Source: a bacterium
GTDB lineage: Bacteria > Patescibacteriota > Patescibacteriia > UBA1558 > S5-K13
Reading direction: 5' to 3'
DNA: 14,737 nucleotides
Assembly: GCA_029555085.1 (NCBI GenBank)
Contig: JAKPTO010000044.1
Span: 1-14,737 of the forward strand
Shown here in pieces: positions 6,672 to 14,737 of this stretch. The position numbers and the translations under genes were made by a program. Below the pieces are notes generated by a model. It did not search any database, was not told the origin of the DNA, and worked only from the letters and a program-made list of their open reading frames with translations. How positions within the stretch are numbered: the stretch's first letter is position 1; the number at the start of each line of letters is the position of its first letter.

Positions 6672-6696
6672 AAGCCGAGTCTAACTCGGCTTTTTT
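6672..6696 (+). terminator. Intrinsic terminator of the small-protein operon
   Basis: AAGCCGAGT-CTA-ACTCGGCTT followed by TTTT, lying between convergent genes. Confidence 0.8.
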
Positions 6697-6726
6697 AATT
6701 AAATACTCAATTATTTGAAACTTTCT

Positions 6727-7761
6727 TCATGATTCATCATTCATCCTTGGTTTGTCAATTAAATTTGTATCAATCTTTGTTTCCTTGCCTGTAATTTTTA
6801 TTACATCTTTATCAATTTTTGCAAATTCTTTATAAGCATTATTATACATATTTACTGTTGTGCCCAAATTATTCCCTAATCTTTTTAAATAATCTTCATA
6901 GCTTATAATGTGATTTTGTAAATTTGAAACATGTTTTAAAACATCCTTTACGGATTCCTCTATTTTCAAAGCTCTAAGTCCTTGCAAAACTGTTTGTAAA
7001 TATGCCAAAAATGTGGTTGGAGAAACAATTATTACCTTTCTTTCTCTAAACGCATATTCAATTAAATCTCTGGTGTTAACTTTTACAGCGCCCACTTTAT
7101 TTACTAACAAATCATAATAAATTGCCTCGGATGGAATAAACATAAAAGCAAAATCCATTGTTTTTTCTTTTGGTCTAATATACTTACTTGTTTCATCTAT
7201 TCTATTTTTTAAATCCTGTTTAAATTGTCTCTCTAAAGATTCTTTTTCTCCTTCACTATGGGCATCTAAAATTTTGTTATAATTTTCTAATGAAAATTTT
7301 GAATCAACTGGGATGATTCCTTCTTTTGTAAAAACAACCGCATCGACTATTTCTCCATTATTAAATTTGTACTGCATTTGATATGCATCTGGCGGTAAAA
7401 CATTTTTTAATACTGTTTCCAAATAGTATTCACCGAGAATTCCGCGTTGCTTTGGATTTTTTAAAATATTTTCTAATGACTGTAATTGCTCAGCAAATCC
7501 CATGACTTGTTTATTTGTTTCATCAAGTTTTGTCAAGCTTTCTGTTACATTTTTTACAATATTTAAACTTTCTGTCATTTTTGAATGAATCATTTGATTT
7601 GAATCATTTAATTTTGAGTCCAATGTTTTACTCATCTCATTTATCTGATTTTGAATCATCAAAAACGACTGATCATCGTTTTTTACATCTTTCTTTTTCA
7701 TTAACAGAAAAATCATTATTATAAGAACAACGAGTAGAATTAAAATTAAATAATTTACCAT
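6727..7761 (-). CDS. rmuC: DNA recombination protein RmuC family
   Basis: N-terminal TM helix and coiled coil, then RGILGEYYLE, VDAVV, PVDSKF, DFAFMFIPSEAIY and VSPTTF motifs. Confidence 0.93.
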   Translation of the reverse strand: MVNYLILILLVVLIIMIFLLMKKKDVKNDDQSFLMIQNQINEMSKTLDSKLNDSNQMIHSKMTESLNIVKNVTESLTKLDETNKQVMGFAEQLQSLENILKNPKQRGILGEYYLETVLKNVLPPDAYQMQYKFNNGEIVDAVVFTKEGIIPVDSKFSLENYNKILDAHSEGEKESLERQFKQDLKNRIDETSKYIRPKEKTMDFAFMFIPSEAIYYDLLVNKVGAVKVNTRDLIEYAFRERKVIIVSPTTFLAYLQTVLQGLRALKIEESVKDVLKHVSNLQNHIISYEDYLKRLGNNLGTTVNMYNNAYKEFAKIDKDVIKITGKETKIDTNLIDKPRMNDES

Positions 7762-7770
7762 ATATTTATT

Positions 7771-8577
7771 TTATATTTTAAATAATTTTTTTGCATTTTC
7801 CCATGTTGTATCAATTACTTTCTCTAAGCTCAGATTTTTTATTTCTGCAATTTGACGAGCTACTTCTTCTACATAAATTGGTTCATTTGTCTTTCCTCTG
7901 TATTTCTGTGGAGCTAAATATGGAGAGTCGGTTTCTATAAGTATTCTATCAAGTGGCAAATAATTTACAATATCCCGCAAATCCTGAGCATTTGGATATG
8001 TAATTATCCCTGTAAAACCTATATACATTTCATTATCAATGATTGTTTTGGCCTCCATTAAAGATCCCGAAAAGCAATGAAAAACACCATTTAAATATTT
8101 ATGATTTTCCAAAATTTTAAATATATCAAAATATACTGTTTGCAATGTAAAATCATCTTTGGAATTTCTACCATGCAAAATTAATGGCAAATCCAATTCT
8201 TTTGCGAGTTTTATATGTTCTTCAAAAACCTCAATCTGCTTAGAAATAACTTTTGGCGTAATTGGTTTATTATTTTCCTCTGATTTCGGAGAGTGAAAAT
8301 AGTCAAGTCCCGTTTCTCCAATTGCAAGCACTTTATCAGTATATATTTTTTTATATTCATCTAAAACAAAATCTTCGTCAAACACATGAATTGGATGAAG
8401 ACCCAAAGATGCATAAAAATTTTTATATTTTGTAATTTCAACTGCTTTTTTTGATGTCTCATATTGCGCCCCAACATTTATAACCGACATTTTTAATTCT
8501 TCGCATCTTTTTACAACTTCATCTAAATTGTCTTCAAATGCTTTGAAATTTAAATGTGCATGTGTATCTATTAACAT
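7771..8577 (-). CDS. tatD: TatD-family metal-dependent DNase
   Basis: Motifs IDTHAH, GLHP, IGETGLDY, LILHGR, VFHCFSG, ETDSPYLAP. Confidence 0.96.
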   Translation of the reverse strand: MLIDTHAHLNFKAFEDNLDEVVKRCEELKMSVINVGAQYETSKKAVEITKYKNFYASLGLHPIHVFDEDFVLDEYKKIYTDKVLAIGETGLDYFHSPKSEENNKPITPKVISKQIEVFEEHIKLAKELDLPLILHGRNSKDDFTLQTVYFDIFKILENHKYLNGVFHCFSGSLMEAKTIIDNEMYIGFTGIITYPNAQDLRDIVNYLPLDRILIETDSPYLAPQKYRGKTNEPIYVEEVARQIAEIKNLSLEKVIDTTWENAKKLFKI

Positions 8578-8657
8578 ATTATTTAAAACCTAACAGTTTA
8601 AAACTCATAACAATATAATTACTTACGATACGAAAATTGCGAGTTTAAAACAAAAAT

Positions 8658-9362
8658 TTATTTATTACTAATATAATTCTCTAATTTATTTTTTATTTCA
8701 TCGATGTCAATACTTGTAACGCCATTAAATTGAGTTTCTTTTATATTATCTATAACCTTATCCGGCACATCGGTATCTTCTTTTAAATAATTTACTAAAT
8801 CATCTACATTTTGAATATTTCCCGGCAAAGTATTTATAACACTTCTCAAATTAGACACCCAATCATTTTCCAAAAATGACAAATTAAATGACTTGGGTAT
8901 AAATGGCTTTGCAAATTCTATGACTTTTTTTCCACCAGGAACTATCTTTGATGTCTCAAAAGCGCTAATATCACCACCATAAAAACTTCCTATGGCAAGA
9001 ATCAACACACCCACTATTAATAATCCAGCTAAAAATCCAAATATAGCTCCGAGCAATTTATTTAATAATCCAATTATGGGAAGACTAACGGCTTTATCCA
9101 CAATAAAAACAATTATCATAAATAATCTATTAAACAATAAAAACAGTGCTAAAAAAGCAAATATATTAGCAACTATGGGAGTAAATACAGTAGAAGATAT
9201 TCCCTGTAGCCATCCCGAAAGCTGAGAATAAAAAATAGACGCGCCGTAAAAACCCACAATAATAGCAATTATTCCACCTATACTTTTTACGAGACCATTT
9301 CTTAATCCAGTAATAATACAATATAGTATTATTATGAAAAAAATAATATCAATGTAATTCAT
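8658..9362 (-). CDS. cvpA: CvpA (colicin V production) family membrane protein with a soluble C-terminal extension
   Basis: MNYIDIIF..II....ITGLRNGLVKS start, about four TM segments, LNKLLGAIFG motif and an S.I.P motif. An additional hydrophilic tail follows. Confidence 0.85.
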   Translation of the reverse strand: MNYIDIIFFIIILYCIITGLRNGLVKSIGGIIAIIVGFYGASIFYSQLSGWLQGISSTVFTPIVANIFAFLALFLLFNRLFMIIVFIVDKAVSLPIIGLLNKLLGAIFGFLAGLLIVGVLILAIGSFYGGDISAFETSKIVPGGKKVIEFAKPFIPKSFNLSFLENDWVSNLRSVINTLPGNIQNVDDLVNYLKEDTDVPDKVIDNIKETQFNGVTSIDIDEIKNKLENYISNK

Positions 9363-9401
9363 ATATTTAATTTTAAATAAAATTTGGACTTATAATTTTT
9401 A

Positions 9402-10871
9402 TTAATTTAATCTTGGGAATATAGGCGTTTCCGGTTTTACAATTTTTTCCGACATTAAAATTTTTACAATCTCATTGGATTTAACTGGCATAAACGACTT
9501 TAAAGAAATTGCAATATTATAAAGACCCAAAACCAAATCCTGTAAAATATTTTTTAAATTTTCTTTCTCATTTTCTATCTTTGCAAGCTCCCATGGTTTT
9601 TTCTCGTCAATTAATGAATTTAAATATTTTATACTTTCCCAAATTTTTAAAAGAGCTTCTCTAAAATTCAAGTTTTCTATTTTTTCAGACACATCTTTTA
9701 CGAGATCGCTTTCTTTTAATTTTATATCGATTTTCCCATTCAAATAATTCTGAACCATGTTTGTAACTCTATTTACTAAATTACCAAGTCCATTTACTAA
9801 ATCAGCTTTATATTTTGCTGAAAATTCAGACACATTTATATCACTCTCCGATCCAAATCCAAATTGAGATAAAATTAAATATTTCGTAGCGTCAGCTCCA
9901 TATTTATCAACTAAATCATTTGGATTTACAACATTTCCGAGAGTTTTACTCATTTTTTTTCCATCAATTGTAAAAAATCCATGAATTGCTAATCTTTTTG
10001 GAAGTGGAAGATCTAATGCAATCAAAATTGCTGGCCAAAAAATTGCATGAAATTTTAAAATATCTAGCGCTATAAGTTGAATATCTGCTGGCCAAAATTT
10101 TTTAAAATTTTCTCCACCTGGATAATCAATTGCTGTTATGTAATTCAATAAAGCATCTACCCAAACATAACATTTTTGTTTGTCGTCCCATGGTAAATCA
10201 ATTCCCCATGGAACGGATTTTACCGACCTAGAAATAGAAAAATCTGGTAAATCTTGTTTATCAATAAGTCCCAAAACTTCATTTTTTCTAGTTTTCGGAT
10301 AAATTTCCAATTCATTACTTTCAATTTTTTCTTTTATGATTGGTAAAAAATCTTTTAAATTAAAAAACCAATTTTTTTCTTTTAATTTTTCTGGCTTACG
10401 ATTGTGATCTGGACAACACCCATCGACAAGTTCTGATTCATTTATAAATTTTTCACAACCAACGCAATACAATCCCTCATAATCTGCCTCATATATAACA
10501 TCGTTAGCATTTGGGGTTTTAGAATTTTTCAATTTTAATAAAACATCTCCAACAATTCTCTTGTGTTTTTCGCTACTTGTTCTTATAAAATTATTGTTTG
10601 AAATATTTAAATTTTTCCAAGACTCTTCAAATTCAGCGCTTATTATATCTGTAAATTCTTGTGGATTTATTCCTTTTTCTTTCGCTGATTCTGCAATTTT
10701 AAGACCATGTTCATCTGTTCCTGTTAGAAAATAAACATTTTCGTCTCCCAATTTATCCCTATAATATCTCGCAAGCACATCAGCAATTATAGTAGTATAA
10801 GCATGACCAATATGTGGATGATCGTTCACATAATATATTGGTGTAGTTATGTATTTATTCTCTTTTTTCAT
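9402..10871 (-). CDS. metG: Methionine--tRNA ligase (short form, no C-terminal tRNA-binding appendage)
   Basis: YITTPIYYVN, HIGH, TGTDEHG, single zinc knuckle CVGC...CPDH, YVWVDAL, DILKFH, KMSKT, LGNLVNR. Confidence 0.98.
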   Translation of the reverse strand: MKKENKYITTPIYYVNDHPHIGHAYTTIIADVLARYYRDKLGDENVYFLTGTDEHGLKIAESAKEKGINPQEFTDIISAEFEESWKNLNISNNNFIRTSSEKHKRIVGDVLLKLKNSKTPNANDVIYEADYEGLYCVGCEKFINESELVDGCCPDHNRKPEKLKEKNWFFNLKDFLPIIKEKIESNELEIYPKTRKNEVLGLIDKQDLPDFSISRSVKSVPWGIDLPWDDKQKCYVWVDALLNYITAIDYPGGENFKKFWPADIQLIALDILKFHAIFWPAILIALDLPLPKRLAIHGFFTIDGKKMSKTLGNVVNPNDLVDKYGADATKYLILSQFGFGSESDINVSEFSAKYKADLVNGLGNLVNRVTNMVQNYLNGKIDIKLKESDLVKDVSEKIENLNFREALLKIWESIKYLNSLIDEKKPWELAKIENEKENLKNILQDLVLGLYNIAISLKSFMPVKSNEIVKILMSEKIVKPETPIFPRLN

Positions 10872-10873
10872 AA

Positions 10874-11548
10874 TTATTTTTTATCTATTATTACAACAAA
10901 CTCTCCCTTGCTCACTCCGCTCCTTAAATTATTTAAAACTTCTTTTAAATTTCCACGATAAATTGTTTCAAATTTTTTGGTAAGCTCTCTAGCAATAACT
11001 AAATTTCTTTTCTCTTGAAAACCTAATTCTTTCAATCTTTCTAGGGTTTTTAGTATTCTATGAGTGGATTCAAAAAATACATTTGTAACGCGACTTTCAA
11101 TAATTTCTTTTAAAATCGTTTCCTTACCTTTTTTGTGAGGTAAAAATCCCAAAAAATTAAACCGATCACAATTAAATCCAGAAATAGAAATCGCTGTAAT
11201 AAGTGACGATGCGCCTGGAATACTACAAATAATATTTTCATCAAATTCTTCAGAAACTATTCTTACTAACTCTTCACCGGGATCGCTTATTCCTGGCGTT
11301 CCAGCGTCAGAAACATAAGCAATGTTTTTTCCGCTCTTTAAAAGTTCTATAATTCTATTTTTTTTATTTGAATCAGAAAATTTATGATAACTCTCTAAAT
11401 GGGTATTTATGCCATAATAATTTAATAATCTTTTTGTAACTCTAGTATCTTCACAAAACACAAAATCAACTGATTTTAGAACCTCTATTGCGCGAAATGT
11501 TATATCAGACAAATTTCCAATTGGAGTAGCTACAATATATAATTTCAT
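10874..11548 (-). CDS. rsmI: 16S rRNA C1402 2'-O-methyltransferase
   Basis: LYIVATPIGNL.DIT.RA, EDTR, VSDAGTPGISDPG, FESTHR, ARELTKKFE, KGEFVV. Adjacent to metG. Confidence 0.97.
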   Translation of the reverse strand: MKLYIVATPIGNLSDITFRAIEVLKSVDFVFCEDTRVTKRLLNYYGINTHLESYHKFSDSNKKNRIIELLKSGKNIAYVSDAGTPGISDPGEELVRIVSEEFDENIICSIPGASSLITAISISGFNCDRFNFLGFLPHKKGKETILKEIIESRVTNVFFESTHRILKTLERLKELGFQEKRNLVIARELTKKFETIYRGNLKEVLNNLRSGVSKGEFVVIIDKK

Positions 11549-11549
11549 T

Positions 11550-12596
11550 TTATTGTAAATTTTCTTGTTCCAAATTAGGATTTTTTTTATTATAATACTC
11601 TAATACAAAAACAGACAATGTTGCTATAACAGGAACAGCCAAAAAGCCACCCAATATACCCCCCAATTTAAAACCTATCAATATTCCAATAATCACTAAA
11701 AGTGGATTGAGTCCCGTTGAGCTTCCCATAACCAAAGGAACAACGATTAAATTCTCTAATTGTTGTATAGCAATATACAATAATGCAACAAATAATGCTA
11801 ACACTGGCGACTGAGTAAGTGTTAAAAGTACCGCAACTGCGCCAGAAAACCATGGACCAAAATATGGAATTATTTCGAATGTTCCTGCAAGTATTGATAA
11901 AACTAAAGCATACTTAACTTTCATGAGAGATAATCCTAAAAAAGTAAAACAAAATATTCCTAAACACAAACCTACTTGCCCCATAAACCACTTACCTATT
12001 TTTTCTTGAATTCCTATATTTAAACTCGATAGATACTTGTGGTGCTTTTCTGGAACCAATTTTTTTACAAATTTTTTAATTGAAACCTCCTGCATTGAAA
12101 AATAAAAAGCCATCATTACAATCATTAAAAATGAAAATAGGCCACTAAATAATTTTATAGTTGTACTAAATAATGAGTCCACTGTTTTAGTTAGGATATT
12201 ACTTACATTACTAAGACTTGTTTGTATATCACTAGTTATGCTCGAAGAGGTTGATTGATCTATACCAACAAAGAAACCTTGAATTTTTTTATAATAATCA
12301 GGAAATACTTGAGCTAATTGCCCTATTTCATAAGCCATAGGTTTCACAACTAAAGCAAGTACAACAAGCAAGACACCGACAAATAAAACATATACTATAA
12401 CAACGCTTAGTGTTTTTGGAATTTTTAAATTTTCAAAAAATTTTATTATTGGTTTGAATGCGGAGAATATTATAAGTGATAAAAATATAAAAGCCAATAT
12501 ATCTACTATCATATAGATAAAAATAAAAGCCAGAATAACACCAAAAAATCTTATAAATGTTTTTATTGAGATATCTATTGTTGTTTTATTTTCCAT
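11550..12596 (-). CDS. AI-2E (UPF0118/PerM) family transporter
   Basis: 348-aa multi-TM protein with IPYFGP, IQQLENLIVVP..MG..TGLNP and G..LGGILG.FLAVP motifs. Confidence 0.93.
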   Translation of the reverse strand: MENKTTIDISIKTFIRFFGVILAFIFIYMIVDILAFIFLSLIIFSAFKPIIKFFENLKIPKTLSVVIVYVLFVGVLLVVLALVVKPMAYEIGQLAQVFPDYYKKIQGFFVGIDQSTSSSITSDIQTSLSNVSNILTKTVDSLFSTTIKLFSGLFSFLMIVMMAFYFSMQEVSIKKFVKKLVPEKHHKYLSSLNIGIQEKIGKWFMGQVGLCLGIFCFTFLGLSLMKVKYALVLSILAGTFEIIPYFGPWFSGAVAVLLTLTQSPVLALFVALLYIAIQQLENLIVVPLVMGSSTGLNPLLVIIGILIGFKLGGILGGFLAVPVIATLSVFVLEYYNKKNPNLEQENLQ

Positions 12597-12623
12597 ATTT
12601 TTATTTCCTTATCGAATGTTTAA

Positions 12624-13868
12624 TTAATAATATTTATTTATTAAATCTTCAAAATATTTTTTATCTTTATGCGGTGATATTACCGCAAAATTAATTTTAT
12701 CTTTCCTAAAAATTTTCTTACCCACTGTGATTATATCTTGTTTTGTAACTTTATCAAATTCACTTATAATTTCTTCAATATTTTTATATTCACTTTTAAG
12801 CAATAACTGTTTGCAATAAAAAGCTATTACATTCATACTGTCCTCCATTCTCAACATCAACTTACCTCTTAAAAATTCCTTTGCCATTTTAAGTTCGCTA
12901 TCTGTTACTCCTTTTTCTAAAAATTTATTTATTTCTTTAAAAATATTTTTTATAGCTTCTTCAATTCTCGATTTATCAAGTCCTGTTAAAATAGAAAAAA
13001 TGCCCGTATCTTCATAATTTGAATTTTCACATCTTATATAATAACATAATCCCAATTTTTCTCTAATTTTTAAAAACAACCTTGAGCTCATATTTCCACC
13101 AAGTATAACCGACAAAAGCTCAAGCGCTTTATCATATTTGTCTTCATATTTTAAACCTGGAAAACCTATTGCAAGATGAATTTGATCGGTATTTTTTTCT
13201 ATTAATTTTATTCGTGTTGATTTTTGTGATAAATTAAATACATCAAAATTTTTCGCATTATCAAAATTTGTTATTTTGAAATATTTATCTATCAATCTTT
13301 TAGCTATATTTTCATCAAAATTACCAGAAATACCTATTAACATATTTTCTCTTTTGTAATATTTCTTATAAAATTTTAAAATATCCTCTCTGCTAATAGA
13401 TTGTAAATTTTTAACTTTTCCACTTATTTGTCTCCCAAGTGCATGACCAAAAAAAACACTTTCTTCAATAAGAGAATCCATATTTATTAAGGGGTTATCA
13501 TTATACATATTAATCTCTTCTATTATAACTCCTCTTTCTCTTTCAATTTCTATATTATCAAATTTTGAATTAAAAATCATATCTGACAATATATCAAGCG
13601 CTAATTCTAAATACTCTTTTGATGCCTTAATATAATATCCTGTTTTATCTTTTGCAGTAAAAGCATTATAATCAGCGCCTACTCCATCCAATTCTTTTGA
13701 TATAAAAAGTGAATTCGGTCTTTTTTTAGTTCCTTTAAATAACAAATGCTCTATAAAATGCGCTACTCCATTGTTTTTCTCATTTTCATACCTAGAACCT
13801 GTTTTAACTAAAACCAAAACGCTAATAGCATTTGTTTCACGAAGTGGTTTTAAAAATATATTTTGCAT
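12624..13868 (-). CDS. M16-family (pitrilysin/MPP-like) zinc peptidase
   Basis: GSRYE..NGVAHFIEHLLFKGT (HXXEH), NAFT, ERERGVIIEEI, GGNMSSRLF..IREK.GL.Y. Likely start is ATG 13868, one base after the upstream TAA; the track's 13910 start overlaps the upstream gene. Confidence 0.94.
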   Translation of the reverse strand: MQNIFLKPLRETNAISVLVLVKTGSRYENEKNNGVAHFIEHLLFKGTKKRPNSLFISKELDGVGADYNAFTAKDKTGYYIKASKEYLELALDILSDMIFNSKFDNIEIERERGVIIEEINMYNDNPLINMDSLIEESVFFGHALGRQISGKVKNLQSISREDILKFYKKYYKRENMLIGISGNFDENIAKRLIDKYFKITNFDNAKNFDVFNLSQKSTRIKLIEKNTDQIHLAIGFPGLKYEDKYDKALELLSVILGGNMSSRLFLKIREKLGLCYYIRCENSNYEDTGIFSILTGLDKSRIEEAIKNIFKEINKFLEKGVTDSELKMAKEFLRGKLMLRMEDSMNVIAFYCKQLLLKSEYKNIEEIISEFDKVTKQDIITVGKKIFRKDKINFAVISPHKDKKYFEDLINKYY

Positions 13869-13869
13869 A

Positions 13870-14737
13870 TTATTTGTGATCAACGCAATAATATTCCAAT
13901 GTAAGACCATTTATACTCCCGTACTCGCAACTTCCTTTTGATTTTTGTTTATATTCTTCTGGTAGAGCTTGAAAATACTTGCTATTAGTTAATTTTTTAT
14001 TTATATTACCACAAATACCTACTTGTGGATTGCCGACCTTTACTCCTTCGCACTTAGCATTTCCATAAACATGACTTTCACCTGTAAAACGATCAATTAT
14101 ATCAAATATATTAGGAATGACACCAACTGTCGACACTCCACATTTAGCATTTTTTTTAAGACAGGATCTGCATATAGAACCATCACAATAACCAGCAACC
14201 ACTTGTGGGGCGCCATCACTCTCATCAGGGTTATATAACTTAAGAAAACATCTAGTCCAGCTATTTTTGTGTGCACAGGATAATTCTGGTGGAATTGTAC
14301 ATTGAAAATTTGTACATGCTAATCCAGGGTAACAATCCGAATCCTCATCACATTGTCCATTGTCGACACTTTTATTCATACATATTTTAACATTTGGACT
14401 GTTTGAATTTTTTGGCGCACAAATCCACTCTGAATTATGTGTCGTACATTCTGCATCATCGTTACAAGAAATATTTTTATCCAGAGCACTCCTTCTGTCA
14501 GCAAAAAACTGTTGTTTGTCAAAATTACCAACTGCTATTGGCTTCACTTTTTTTATTTCTATAGTCTTTATTTCGACCAATTTTGGATTTATTGTGTATA
14601 AAATTAAATAAGAACATGATAATAAAACTAAACCAGTTATTGCATTTATTATTCTTTGCTTTGCTTCCCCTATTTTATTTTGATTTCCTCCTGCCATTAC
14701 CCACTGAAAACCAGCCAATATTAATACGAGCACAGCT
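13870..14737 (-). CDS. CPR-type pilin-like membrane protein (T4SS_pilin/TrbC-VirB2-like hairpin) with a Cys-rich C-terminal domain; 5' end outside the window
   Basis: The frame is open to the window edge. AGFQWVMAGGN...EAKQRIINAITGLVLL..SY.IL.TINP is the typical pilin-like hairpin. The C-terminal region has 18 Cys, including CNDDAEC and CDEDSDC. Confidence 0.82.
   Translation of the reverse strand, partial: AVLVLILAGFQWVMAGGNQNKIGEAKQRIINAITGLVLLSCSYLILYTINPKLVEIKTIEIKKVKPIAVGNFDKQQFFADRRSALDKNISCNDDAECTTHNSEWICAPKNSNSPNVKICMNKSVDNGQCDEDSDCYPGLACTNFQCTIPPELSCAHKNSWTRCFLKLYNPDESDGAPQVVAGYCDGSICRSCLKKNAKCGVSTVGVIPNIFDIIDRFTGESHVYGNAKCEGVKVGNPQVGICGNINKKLTNSKYFQALPEEYKQKSKGSCEYGSINGLTLEYYCVDHK

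Noticed and set aside
4357-6726. Prophage or integrative element with att sites around the islet
   Set aside because: No integrase, phage structural gene, tRNA or convincing flanking direct repeat is visible.
6727-6729. Alternative genetic code (TGA = Gly, as in Gracilibacteria/Absconditabacteria)
   Set aside because: All conserved genes are full length under code 11 with no in-frame TGA, and rmuC ends at TGA at a plausible length.
8582-8651. Three TTTAAAAC copies and an imperfect inverted repeat between cvpA and tatD
   Set aside because: Short, AT-rich and irregularly spaced; not distinguishable from background by eye.
12670-12687. Hairpin TGCGGT-GATATT-ACCGCA near the 3' end of the peptidase gene
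   Set aside because: Lies in coding sequence (FAVISPH), has a short stem and occurs once; no support for a regulatory role.
13869-13910. Track start of the M16 peptidase at 13910
   Set aside because: It would overlap the pilin gene's 3' end by about 40 bp. ATG 13868, directly after the pilin stop, matches the coupling pattern of neighbouring genes.
7515-14611. Short track ORFs 7515-7724, 8992-9225, 11668-11853, 14023-14238 and 14360-14611
   Set aside because: All lie antisense or out of frame within well-supported genes and show no independent signals.

Overview
AT-rich bacterial DNA, standard genetic code, with gene content and protein motifs that point to a Patescibacteria/CPR (Parcubacteria-like) genome (inference). 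The minus strand carries a tightly packed run: a partial Cys-rich T4SS-pilin-like protein, M16 peptidase, AI-2E-family permease, rsmI, metG, CvpA-family protein, tatD and rmuC. A UvrD-type helicase fused to a 4-Cys PD-(D/E)XK nuclease, a DciA/DUF721 protein and a secreted repeat protein follow. A ~2.3 kb accessory islet (about 4375-6696) lies between rmuC and the helicase. It holds a NUDIX gene, a membrane-anchored unknown gene and a three-gene operon including two small Cys-motif proteins. All five islet genes have strong Shine-Dalgarno sites, which the flanking genes largely lack, and each islet transcription unit has its own promoter and terminator. Three features are not in the ORF track: the start of a probable IS481-like transposase at the left edge that appears to truncate the secreted protein, a 3x16-bp palindromic tandem repeat that supplies a promoter -35 box, and a promoter layout implying a leaderless helicase-nuclease mRNA.
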